A stretch of DNA of 64,000 bases from a phage. Under the pieces are notes generated by a model. The model was not told the DNA's origin, searched no databases, and saw only the letters and a list, made by a program, of their open reading frames with translations. Shown here piece after piece: positions 48,349-56,857 of this stretch; the stretch's first letter is position 1, and every line of letters starts with the position of its first letter. The stretch lies in sequence record OZ346167.1. One strand, given 5' to 3'. The translations under genes were made by a program, and so were the position numbers.

Positions 48349-49090
48349 TAACAGGCTCTATAGCTCATCTAAAACGTGCCTAAACAGGGAAACTCTACAG
48401 GTGTAGACAATCCTGTGCTAAATGATGTACGATGTAAGAAACTATACAATATAGGAGTCTTACATGCCAAACTATCACGTCACTGAAGATGGAAAAGTCT
48501 TTAGGGAAAATGGTGTAGAGCTTACGCAGTGGAAATCCAACACTGGGTATATGAAAGTGAGGTTTTACGGTAAGAAGAATCGTGACATGTATGTCCACAG
48601 GTTAGTTGCTGAGAAATATGTACCTAACCCGAATAATCTTCCAATTGTAAAACATAAGGACGATAACAAACTAAATAACCACGCATCTAACTTAGAATGG
48701 GGTACTCATTCTGAGAATGCTAAAGAGGGTTATGAGAACGGATGTTACAAGTTCCACAAGCGTTCATATGCCGTGAAAGCCACACACAAAGTGACAAAGG
48801 AAGTTATTGTTACTAAGTCAATACGAGAGTTGTCCAATATACTTGGACACAATCGCAAGACCATCTCTTCAATATTGAAGGGTGTAAAAGAGCATAATAA
48901 CTTCGAATATGAGTTTGAATACATCTAAATGCCGAACGACTAACCGTGATGAATGTAGCGGTGTAGGGTCAAGCGACTCGAAATGGTACGCTACTTAGAA
49001 ATAAGTAGAAGATATAGTCTGGACTTACTGGCGACAGTAAGCAGCTTGAATAAAGCGGGGTAAGCTTAGCGAACTTACCTGAACAACAAG
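48349..49090 (+). mobile_element. group I intron in nrdD carrying an HNH endonuclease ORF
   Basis: follows exon-terminal U, ends in G; P4-like pairing CCUAAACAGGG / AAUCCUGUG; R-like GAACGACUAA (48934-48943) and S-like AAGAUAUAGUC (49010-49019); internal ORF 48464-48928. Confidence 0.75.
48464..48928 (+). CDS. intron-encoded HNH homing endonuclease
   Basis: HNH core HRLVAEKYVPNPNNLPIVKHKDDNKLNNHASNLEW; located inside the nrdD intron. Confidence 0.75.
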   Translation: MPNYHVTEDGKVFRENGVELTQWKSNTGYMKVRFYGKKNRDMYVHRLVAEKYVPNPNNLPIVKHKDDNKLNNHASNLEWGTHSENAKEGYENGCYKFHKRSYAVKATHKVTKEVIVTKSIRELSNILGHNRKTISSILKGVKEHNNFEYEFEYI

Positions 49091-50038
49091 TGTAGAGCGT
49101 TTTTATCACCATACCATAACGAATATGGTGAAGAGTTTTATGTAGGTCGTGCTAACATTGGTGCTGTATCTTTGAACTTACCAATGATTTACCAGTATTC
49201 TAAAGAGAATGGCTTAGATTTCTGGAAAGAGCTTGATAAGTACCTAGAAATGATTCGCAGCTTCCACAAGAAACGTTACGAAATGATTGCTAATATGCCA
49301 GCAAGTTCTAACCCTCTTGCATTCACACAGGGTGGTCTGTACAAAGGGAATAAGAAACCTACTGACAAGGTTGGCTGGGATATCGTGAAGTCCTTCACAG
49401 CTTCTTTTGGGGTTACTGCGCTTGATGAGCTATCTGTTCTTGCTGAAGGTAAACGACTTCATGAAGTTGGAAGCTGTAGTTTTGCATATGATGTTCTGGA
49501 ATATATCAACATGAAGACTGAAGAGTTTAAAAATGAAGATGGCTTCTTATATGCAGTCTATGGCACTCCAGCAGAATCACTTTGTGGAACTCAGCTAAAA
49601 CAGTTCAGAGATATGTTTGGCGTTATCAAAGGCGTTTCTGACAAGGAATACTTTACAAACAGTTTCCATATGAATGTTGCAGCAGATATTACACCATTTG
49701 AGAAGCAGGACTTAGAAGAACCCTTCTTCCATATCTGTAGAGGCGGCAGAATCCAGTATGTAAGAGTGGCTAACCCAGAAAACTTATCAGCACTTAAGAG
49801 TTGTATTACAAGAGGGATGTTGAAAGGTTTCTATCAGGGACTTAACTTTGACTTAGCAATCTGTGAACATTGTGGTAACAGACCAAAGGCTGATGTTGAA
49901 GAATGTGAGGTTTGTCATTCACACGATATCTCTGTGATTAACAGGGTGTGCGGATATTTGGGATGGACTAAGATTAAAGGTGAATCCCGAATGAATGATG
50001 CAAAAATCGCTGAGATTCGTGACAGAATTTCTATGTAA
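49091..50038 (+). CDS. nrdD: anaerobic ribonucleotide reductase (class III), exon 2
   Basis: begins CRAFLSPY... and ends with glycyl-radical motif RVCGYLG; in-frame stop just upstream at 49088-49090. Confidence 0.8.
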   Translation, partial: CRAFLSPYHNEYGEEFYVGRANIGAVSLNLPMIYQYSKENGLDFWKELDKYLEMIRSFHKKRYEMIANMPASSNPLAFTQGGLYKGNKKPTDKVGWDIVKSFTASFGVTALDELSVLAEGKRLHEVGSCSFAYDVLEYINMKTEEFKNEDGFLYAVYGTPAESLCGTQLKQFRDMFGVIKGVSDKEYFTNSFHMNVAADITPFEKQDLEEPFFHICRGGRIQYVRVANPENLSALKSCITRGMLKGFYQGLNFDLAICEHCGNRPKADVEECEVCHSHDISVINRVCGYLGWTKIKGESRMNDAKIAEIRDRISM

Positions 50039-50049
50039 AACTTGACAAG

Positions 50050-50436
50050 GTGATGTGGGTCTTGATAGGCTTACATCACCTTTTTATTTGGAGTTACATT
50101 ATGGACTTGTGGCTTTATGTAGCAGTTTGTGGGATTGTATGTCTGATAATCTTATTTATTCTTGGAATAATGCGATTTAGAGACATCATACAGTCAGATT
50201 TTTTGCCTGAGTTTACCATGATGGTTGGAGTTATTGCACTTTGTGTCTTGGCGGTGTTCTATTCATACAAAACTGTGATATGGATGAAGGCAAACAATTG
50301 TGTAAAAACTCATCAACATCGTGAGGTTACTTATTTTGTGAGTGTACTTAGTGGGAATACCACTGTACTTGTCCCACAAACTTCTGTAGAGTATCTTTAC
50401 ACATGTGATAATGGTAAAACTATATGGTGGAATTAA
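50050..50436 (+). CDS. integral membrane protein
   Basis: 128 aa with 2-3 hydrophobic helices. Confidence 0.35.
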   Translation: MMWVLIGLHHLFIWSYIMDLWLYVAVCGIVCLIILFILGIMRFRDIIQSDFLPEFTMMVGVIALCVLAVFYSYKTVIWMKANNCVKTHQHREVTYFVSVLSGNTTVLVPQTSVEYLYTCDNGKTIWWN

Positions 50437-50639
50437 CAATGACAACAATCTTAAAGGTATTGACACCCATACTACACATAGTAATCTTCTTCTTTGGTGT
50501 TAGTGTTATGGTATGGGGTTTTTCAGACCCACAATGGAATTTCTCATATCATGGTAAGATGGATTTATGGTCATGCTTCAAACCATTTTTAGGGTTAGCT
50601 ATAGCATTCAGTGCATTACCAACTAAGGTGAGTTTATGA
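50424..50639 (+). CDS. small membrane protein
   Basis: 71 aa, two hydrophobic segments. Confidence 0.3.
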   Translation: MVELTMTTILKVLTPILHIVIFFFGVSVMVWGFSDPQWNFSYHGKMDLWSCFKPFLGLAIAFSALPTKVSL

Positions 50640-51031
50640 TTAAGTTGAACCAAAAACAGTTAGAGTGGATTAAAGATTACGCCTCAGAGTGTGGCTCTTG
50701 CGAAAAGAATCACGTAAGATACTCAACATTCCATACAACCTTCACATTGTATATTGGTGACAATGTTCTAAGTGATTCTGTAGAAGATGGTGTAGTATTG
50801 CCTAATGAATTACTTGATAAACTAGCTGTAGTCTCTGGAACTTGGTCTGAAGAAGATGGTCACGAGCTGTCTGATGATGTTGTCTTCTACACCCTTGAAA
50901 ACATCATGAACCCAGAGTACATTATGCTAATGACTTGCGCACAAGATTGTGTACCATTACAAAACTTCATTAAAGAGCACTGTGAAGAATTTATTACTAA
51001 ACAGGTTCCTTGTCAGGTGGTATTTGAATGA
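50636..51031 (+). CDS. hypothetical protein
   Basis: 131-aa cysteine-containing ORF. Confidence 0.35.
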   Translation: MIKLNQKQLEWIKDYASECGSCEKNHVRYSTFHTTFTLYIGDNVLSDSVEDGVVLPNELLDKLAVVSGTWSEEDGHELSDDVVFYTLENIMNPEYIMLMTCAQDCVPLQNFIKEHCEEFITKQVPCQVVFE

Positions 51032-51327
51032 GTAAAACAATTCGAAGAAAAGGTTTAAAGAACGTTCATGGACTTTATGAGTGGAGAAATGAGGTACGTA
51101 ACAGAGAAAATGCTTCAGAGGTCTACTACCACTCTGATATGATGTCTAGAAAAGGTGGCTCTTACGACTTCACAAGCCAGCCTTGTAGAGAGATTAAGAA
51201 GGCTACTAAACGTCTTACAAGAACACAAATAAGGCAGCTTTCTAAGACATCCTACTTAGATGAAGACTTTGACATTGATAGCAAGTCTCCAAAGAAAGCT
51301 GCTCAGAGCACTTATATGTATTGGTGA
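51028..51327 (+). CDS. hypothetical protein
   Basis: 99-aa basic ORF. Confidence 0.3.
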   Translation: MSKTIRRKGLKNVHGLYEWRNEVRNRENASEVYYHSDMMSRKGGSYDFTSQPCREIKKATKRLTRTQIRQLSKTSYLDEDFDIDSKSPKKAAQSTYMYW

Positions 51328-51336
51328 GGTAACTAG

Positions 51337-51822
51337 ATGAATTACATGGAGATTCGACCATTTGATACAGCTAATGGTGAAGGGGTTCGTGTAAGCCTCT
51401 TCGTAGCTGGCTGTAAACATCACTGTGAAGGCTGCTTTAACAGGGAGTCTTGGAAGTTTAATGCTGGTAAAGTGTTCACTTATGCAAACCTCTGCGGCAT
51501 CATTAAGTTAATGGATGATGAGGCCATCGGTGGGTTGTCGATACTTGGTGGAGAACCTCTGGATGATAGAAATATTCAAGAGGTTACCAATATATGTAAA
51601 CGTATTAAAACTGTTTACCCAGAGAAGTCTATCTGGCTCTGGACAGGTTTTCAGTTACACGAAAAAATTCACCTAGATGTGATGAAATATGTTGACGTGG
51701 TGATTGATGGTAAGTATGATTCATCTAAACCAACAGTTAAGCCATATCGTGGTTCTGATAACCAAAACCTATGGAGAAAAGAGTATGGGTGGCAAGGTGA
51801 TTGTCAGTGGAGAGCCGAGTAA
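51337..51822 (+). CDS. nrdG: anaerobic ribonucleotide reductase activating protein (radical SAM)
   Basis: CKHHCEGC fits the CxxxCxxC radical-SAM cluster motif; ~160 aa; same block as nrdD. Confidence 0.7.
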   Translation: MNYMEIRPFDTANGEGVRVSLFVAGCKHHCEGCFNRESWKFNAGKVFTYANLCGIIKLMDDEAIGGLSILGGEPLDDRNIQEVTNICKRIKTVYPEKSIWLWTGFQLHEKIHLDVMKYVDVVIDGKYDSSKPTVKPYRGSDNQNLWRKEYGWQGDCQWRAE

Positions 51823-51859
51823 GTCTCGTCGTAAAGTGGGTTACGGAAAAGGTGAAATA

Positions 51860-52162
51860 ATGGTTCTTTCTTTTAACAGTGCTTTATTAGGTACTTACAA
51901 AGTTAAGACCGAACTCCTTGATGAATGGAGAAAGTATACAAACTCACTTTTCGGTAATGTTGGAATGGAAGCCTTAGCAGAGATTGAGAAGGCTGGAACA
52001 TTTGAAGTTGTCGGTAAAGGTAACTACACAATGTTCTACAAAACAAATTTAAACGTTGGCGACAGTCTTGTTGGTGTCACTGAAGAAGAACTTAAAACAT
52101 TTTGTGAAAAGATTGAGAGAGATACGAAATGGGAATCTGGAACAGTTTTAAATCAAAAGTAA
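51860..52162 (+). CDS. hypothetical protein (start chosen at internal ATG with AAGGTG RBS)
   Basis: track ORF 51704-52162 overlaps nrdG by about 120 nt; internal ATG at 51860 has a good RBS. Confidence 0.35.
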   Translation: MVLSFNSALLGTYKVKTELLDEWRKYTNSLFGNVGMEALAEIEKAGTFEVVGKGNYTMFYKTNLNVGDSLVGVTEEELKTFCEKIERDTKWESGTVLNQK

Positions 52163-52386
52163 AAGCAGCACTAGCCTCATTAGGTATGCTCACTGGGGTT
52201 GATGTGACTCATCTTATGCAGAACTTCAAGATGGATGAGAAGCTGGCTAATGAGATTATGAAAAGTATCTATGTAGGCCGTGGTAAAGGCGGTAAGAAAC
52301 AAGCCCACCGTCCGTCTGGTGCAGCAGCTATTAAACGAGCAGCTAAGAAAGCTCGTAACCGTAAACGTAATAAGAAGGCTAAATAA
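52129..52386 (+). CDS. hypothetical protein with basic C-terminus
   Basis: 85 aa, C-terminal KRAAKKARNRKRNKKAK. Confidence 0.3.
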   Translation: MGIWNSFKSKVKAALASLGMLTGVDVTHLMQNFKMDEKLANEIMKSIYVGRGKGGKKQAHRPSGAAAIKRAAKKARNRKRNKKAK

Positions 52387-52388
52387 TC

Positions 52389-52709
52389 ATGAGCAAAGTT
52401 TATAACACTCGCAAATTACAGATTTTCGTACTGTGCCAGTTTATGGCTAAAGAATACAACTTCTACTATTGTGGCACAGGTTTTATTAGCGATGATGATG
52501 GTTCATACCTACCATTTAAAGAGGCTGTGAAGCTCTTTAATGAAGAGAAAAACTCTAAGAAAGATATTGAAAAGGTCAAGCTAACCTACAGCAAGAAAGA
52601 TAAGAAGATTATCTGCCTAGATAACTTTGTAAAAGTTACAGGAGAAGCAAAAGAGTTTATGGATGAGAGTGAGATTTCATTCACAAGTATCTTGAAAGTA
52701 GCTCAGTAA
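52389..52709 (+). CDS. hypothetical protein
   Basis: 106-aa ORF followed by terminator. Confidence 0.3.
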   Translation: MSKVYNTRKLQIFVLCQFMAKEYNFYYCGTGFISDDDGSYLPFKEAVKLFNEEKNSKKDIEKVKLTYSKKDKKIICLDNFVKVTGEAKEFMDESEISFTSILKVAQ

Positions 52710-52722
52710 ACAGATACTATAA

Positions 52723-52746
52723 GGGAACTGTAAAGGTTCCCTTTTT
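52723..52746 (+). terminator. rho-independent terminator
   Basis: GGGAAC-TGTAAAG-GTTCCC followed by TTTTT. Confidence 0.6.
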
Positions 52747-52760
52747 ATTTTGGAGATGAT

Positions 52761-53276
52761 ATGTATCTATCAAACCTAAAACGTTCGGCTGCAATGTCAG
52801 TTCTAAGACTCAGCTTTGAGGAACGTCAAGAGTTCATTGATTCCCACCAATACGACCCTTCTAACTCCAATCACATGATTCTCTGGAATCGTGAGAGTTC
52901 CCGTGAAAGAGCATTATTCCGGTATTACCCACACTACACCGTAGATAACCTGTATGAATGTTTTGTTGTGAAGAACACCATTACAATACTCAATAAACTT
53001 TGCAGATACACAGGTAGTCAATCCTTCACATTAGGACACCACAAACCTGTTACAAAGGGTGGTGAGCATCACTGTGCAAACTGGTTTATCCAGACTAAAC
53101 TTGATAACCAGAAGCAAGGGGATAGTCTTTTAATTACCCCTAAGATGACCTACGAAGAGCAAGAGAAATATATCAAAAATAATATGCCAGATGTGCTTGA
53201 CAACAACTATACAGATTTGGCAATATCTCTCCTGTTGAAGTTCGAGACAGTTTATAGGGCAACTTATAATGGCTAA
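52761..53276 (+). CDS. HNH-motif nuclease candidate
   Basis: GHHKPVTKGGEHHCANWFIQTKLDN fits the HH..P...GG.....N HNH core. Confidence 0.4.
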   Translation: MYLSNLKRSAAMSVLRLSFEERQEFIDSHQYDPSNSNHMILWNRESSRERALFRYYPHYTVDNLYECFVVKNTITILNKLCRYTGSQSFTLGHHKPVTKGGEHHCANWFIQTKLDNQKQGDSLLITPKMTYEEQEKYIKNNMPDVLDNNYTDLAISLLLKFETVYRATYNG

Positions 53277-53547
53277 AGAAAAGTGGGAGATTTTACCATT
53301 AGTCAGTGAAGGCGGCAATGGTTGTGAAATGTACATGATACGTGGTCATATTCCAGAGCCAATTGCACTTGAGATGGTAAATAATTATACAGATGGTTCC
53401 TGCAAAGACTTAGGAGAACCAACTGTCAAGCAGCAATGGGTAAAGCCTGTGCCAGACAGCACAGGTAACTGTAGTGTACTTTATCACGTTGTAGACCCTG
53501 TAAAATGCAAATCTGCAATGGCAGTAACAAACGTAACTTTTGATTGA
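53269..53547 (+). CDS. hypothetical cysteine-containing protein
   Basis: 92-aa ORF. Confidence 0.3.
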   Translation: MAKEKWEILPLVSEGGNGCEMYMIRGHIPEPIALEMVNNYTDGSCKDLGEPTVKQQWVKPVPDSTGNCSVLYHVVDPVKCKSAMAVTNVTFD

Positions 53548-54440
53548 GAGAGAAAACTATGAAAACATCTATCCGTGTTACAATTCATTCACCAACTAAA
53601 GGAACTCATGAAGAAGAGTTTAACATCATTCAATTCCCTTCTGGTGAGATTGGTGGACACTTTTCACAAGAGCTAGTTGATTTTACTGCTTATGCAGCAT
53701 CCTCCATTAACAATGTGGTTATGATTGTAAAAGGCTACGACAAGGACACATTGTTTGCTGTGGCACTTGCTAAAGAAGCAATTGATGATTTGATTCCTCA
53801 TGATTATGCCTTAAAGACTGTCATCTTTTACTACTTACCAAATGCACGATATGACCGTCACATGTTTAAAGGTGATGCAGCAGCTTTGAAGGTTTTTGCT
53901 AAACAGGTTAATGCAATGGGGTTTGGTGCAGTCTGTGCAGTTGACCCTCACAGCTATGTACCAGATAACCTGTTTAACTGCTTCCAGAGTATTCCTCAAA
54001 AGGAGATTGCAGTCCACTATGCAAATGACCCACTGGTTGATTACTTAGTAGCCCCAGATGCAGGTGCTGCTAAGAAGGTTGCAGAGACCGCTAAAGAGGT
54101 GGATAAACCATATATCACAATGTCTAAGGTGCGTAACCTTAAGACTGGTGAAATTACTGGTATGCGAATCCTTGATGATGTTGATTTGACAGATAAAACC
54201 GTCATGATTCTGGATGATATCTGTGATGGTGGTCGAACCTTCATAGAAGCAGCTAAGCATCTTCGTGAAGCAGGTGCAAAACGTGTGGAACTTTATGTAA
54301 CACATGGTATCTTCTCTAAAGATGTTGAAAACCTTCTTGACAATGGTATCGACCATATTTACACTACAAACTCTTTAGGCGAAGCTAAAGACCGTGGCTT
54401 AACACATTATGGTCAAGTTACTGTAGCAAACCTTGATTGA
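53544..54440 (+). CDS. ribose-phosphate pyrophosphokinase (PRPP synthetase) family protein; candidate ADP-ribose pyrophosphate synthetase of a NARP1-type pathway
   Basis: PRPP-binding loop ILDDICDGGRT and YLPNARYDRH (cf. ARQDR flexible loop); adjacent to NAMPT-like gene. Confidence 0.7.
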   Translation: MREKTMKTSIRVTIHSPTKGTHEEEFNIIQFPSGEIGGHFSQELVDFTAYAASSINNVVMIVKGYDKDTLFAVALAKEAIDDLIPHDYALKTVIFYYLPNARYDRHMFKGDAAALKVFAKQVNAMGFGAVCAVDPHSYVPDNLFNCFQSIPQKEIAVHYANDPLVDYLVAPDAGAAKKVAETAKEVDKPYITMSKVRNLKTGEITGMRILDDVDLTDKTVMILDDICDGGRTFIEAAKHLREAGAKRVELYVTHGIFSKDVENLLDNGIDHIYTTNSLGEAKDRGLTHYGQVTVANLD

Positions 54441-54449
54441 AAGTTTATA

Positions 54450-54470
54450 GGGGCTTGAAAGCCCCATTTT
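54450..54470 (+). terminator. hairpin / weak terminator between the Prs-like and NAMPT-like genes
   Basis: GGGGCTT-GAA-AAGCCCC followed by ATTTTG. Confidence 0.4.
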
Positions 54471-54544
54471 GAGAGAGATTAAAAGATGACTAAATCACTT
54501 TATGCAGTACCAGCAGGTTTAAACGCAGATGCTTACAATATCTT

Positions 54545-55897
54545 ATGTTGAACCTGACACCACGTAGTGACAAATGGTTTAACAGCCCTTTGGCAATTGA
54601 CGGTGTAGTGGCTTTTGGTATTCAACGTTTCGTTAAAGATTACTTGATAGACCATTGGAACGCCACTTTCTTTGAACGTGACAAAAAAGAAGCAATTGAC
54701 GAAATCTTAGAAGTCATGAACGGCGTTATGGGTAAAGATGCTATTGGTCGAGAGCATTGGGAAGCACTTCACGACTTAGGTTATCTACCAGTTGAAGTAT
54801 ACGCTGTAGAAGAAGGCACAGTTGTCCCGATGCGTGTCCCAATGATTGTCTTCCAGAACACTGTTTCAGGTTTCCATTGGGTAGCAGGTTATCTGGAAGA
54901 TGCTTTCTCTGCTGAGATTTGGAAGGCTTGCACCATTGCAACTATTGCATTGCATTATAAACGCATCTGTAAGAAGTGGGCTGACCTTACTTGTGACAAC
55001 GACTTACATTTACCTTATCAGTGTCATGACTTTGCTATGCGTGGTATGTCAGGCTTTACTGATGACGCATTTAACGCTGTAGGTCACTTAACCAGCTTTA
55101 AAGGAACTGATAGCTTCCCTACTGTGTATACGGCTAAACGAATCTATGGACAGTCCTACCCAATCTCTGATATTGGTAGCTCTGTACCAGCCACTGAACA
55201 CTCTGTAATGTGTGCAAACATTGCTTGGGAAGGTGGTAATGAATTGATTGAAGAAGAAAGACGCTTTAAAGGTGAGTTACAAACCTTCCGTCGCTTCTTA
55301 ACAGAAACTTACCCAACTGGTATTGCAAGTATTGTTTCAGATACTTATAACTTCTGGAGAACTGTGTCAGAAATCTTACCAGCACTCCGTAAAGAGATTA
55401 TGGAACGTGATGGCAAACTGGTAATTCGGCCTGACTCTGGAGACCCTGTACATATTGTCACAGGATATAAAGCAATCCACTTAGAGTGTGCTAAGAAGGC
55501 TTATTACGAACACTTAAGCAAGCTTGAAGCCAGCGACACAATGTTGAATGCTGTTCTGAACATGAAGCTTGAAAACATCAATTATGGTATTGCTGGATGG
55601 CTACTGTCAGAAGGCTACGAAATGGTTGTTGACAGAGAAGACTTTGAAGTTGCTGATACAGTGCTGTTGAAAAACGCTTATATGGTTGGTTCTGCAAACG
55701 TTGTAACACGTCCTGTAGCTGAGATTGATGGAGCTATTAAGACACTGTACAACATCTTTGGGGCTTTGTATCTCACCTTGATGTTGAAATTGATGAAGAA
55801 GGTTACATCATTGGTTGGAAGAAAGTATCTACTCGTGAAGGCAAGCTGGTTGACTCCCACACCTACAGAGTACCTAATGATTTGGGTAACATTGTAG
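54545..55897 (+). CDS. nicotinamide phosphoribosyltransferase (NAMPT/NadV) family protein; candidate nicotinamide ADP-ribose transferase; reading frame probably continues in +2 frame to 56208
   Basis: matches NAMPT blocks: HDFAMRGMS, SFKGTDS, SVPATEHS, VSDTYN, IRPDSGDP; last ~50 codons are atypical and an overlapping +2-frame ORF runs on to 56208. Confidence 0.7.
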   Translation: MLNLTPRSDKWFNSPLAIDGVVAFGIQRFVKDYLIDHWNATFFERDKKEAIDEILEVMNGVMGKDAIGREHWEALHDLGYLPVEVYAVEEGTVVPMRVPMIVFQNTVSGFHWVAGYLEDAFSAEIWKACTIATIALHYKRICKKWADLTCDNDLHLPYQCHDFAMRGMSGFTDDAFNAVGHLTSFKGTDSFPTVYTAKRIYGQSYPISDIGSSVPATEHSVMCANIAWEGGNELIEEERRFKGELQTFRRFLTETYPTGIASIVSDTYNFWRTVSEILPALRKEIMERDGKLVIRPDSGDPVHIVTGYKAIHLECAKKAYYEHLSKLEASDTMLNAVLNMKLENINYGIAGWLLSEGYEMVVDREDFEVADTVLLKNAYMVGSANVVTRPVAEIDGAIKTLYNIFGALYLTLMLKLMKKVTSLVGRKYLLVKASWLTPTPTEYLMIWVTL

Positions 55898-56208
55898 AAA
55901 TGCCACGTTGGATGGTTGATAATAACCGTAACGTGACTTGCTCTCAAGGTCTTCATGTTGGTGCTTGGGATTATGTTCGTTGCTTCTCAGGTGATACAAT
56001 TCTGAAGGTTCGTGTCCATCCACGAGACGTTGTATCCGTACCAACTGATTACAACGATATGAAGATGCGCTCGTCTCGTTATGAAGTTGCAGCAATCGTT
56101 GATAATCAACGTAAAGTGCTGAAAGCATGGGATGGCAAGACTGAAGCTTTGCATGTCATCGTTGGCACTGCTGGGGAACTCATCTCTCAGCGTAAACGTG
56201 AAATCTAA
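55741..56208 (+). CDS. probable C-terminal continuation of NAMPT-like protein in alternative frame (or separate small protein from 55882)
   Basis: +2 frame is open from 55741; inserting one G at the GGGG run 55761-55764 fuses both frames into one ~554-codon ORF. Confidence 0.4.
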   Translation, partial: DTVQHLWGFVSHLDVEIDEEGYIIGWKKVSTREGKLVDSHTYRVPNDLGNIVEMPRWMVDNNRNVTCSQGLHVGAWDYVRCFSGDTILKVRVHPRDVVSVPTDYNDMKMRSSRYEVAAIVDNQRKVLKAWDGKTEALHVIVGTAGELISQRKREI

Positions 56209-56224
56209 TAAGTAATTTCTTAAA

Positions 56225-56248
56225 AGGCTGCTTCGGCGGCCTTTTTTA
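56225..56248 (+). terminator. rho-independent terminator (UUCG tetraloop)
   Basis: AGGCTGC-TTCG-GCGGCCT followed by TTTTTT. Confidence 0.6.
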
Positions 56249-56308
56249 TTTGTATTTTGTGCAGAGTACTGTATAATTGTTGTCACGATAAACTAAACAG
56301 GAGAACCA

Positions 56309-56857
56309 ATGAAGAAATTGATTCTAGGTTTGTGCTTAATGTTTACAGCACACTTAGCTTATGCAGTTGACTGCCCAGAGCTATCAATTAGCCAAAAAGT
56401 AAACATGTTAAAAGCTTACCAGTATGGTGAGAATAACATGGGTAAAGGTTGGGGTATCACTCTAGCTGCTATAGCCTTACAAGAGTCAGAGTTAGGTCTG
56501 AAGGTAGAGAATAAAAAGACACACGATTATGGTATTTTCCAGAATCACTTGAAGACTGTTGTAAAGCGTAACAAAATTAGTCCTAATGTGGCTAAAAAGA
56601 AACTCTTAAAAGACTTTGACTATGCTGCAAAGGAAACGCACAAAGAACTTGAGTTTTGGACAAAGGTGCATGGTCAGCCAAAGTCAAAGAAGACTTTACA
56701 AAAAGTTTTAGCATCATATAATGCTGGGTATTCGTACAGAATCCCTAAAGCTAAGAAGTATTCTCAAGATGTCTATAACAACATGAAAGTTATTGCCCAA
56801 TGTGAATTTGCAACAAACATTTCTAAGGTAAACCATGAAAAAATTAAGAAAGTCTGA
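56309..56857 (+). CDS. secreted lytic-transglycosylase-like protein (endolysin candidate)
   Basis: signal peptide MKKLILGLCLMFTAHLAYA; AIALQESELG and DYGIFQNH resemble the SLT-domain catalytic ES and GLMQ motifs. Confidence 0.45.
   Translation: MKKLILGLCLMFTAHLAYAVDCPELSISQKVNMLKAYQYGENNMGKGWGITLAAIALQESELGLKVENKKTHDYGIFQNHLKTVVKRNKISPNVAKKKLLKDFDYAAKETHKELEFWTKVHGQPKSKKTLQKVLASYNAGYSYRIPKAKKYSQDVYNNMKVIAQCEFATNISKVNHEKIKKV

Noticed and set aside
54486-54551. Short upstream ORF (MTKSLYAVPAGLNADAYNILC) as a possible frameshifted N-terminus of the NAMPT-like gene
   Set aside because: The resemblance to the NAMPT TDSYK region is a few residues only; the 54545 ORF has its own ATG and continuous NAMPT similarity, so an N-terminal frameshift is not needed.
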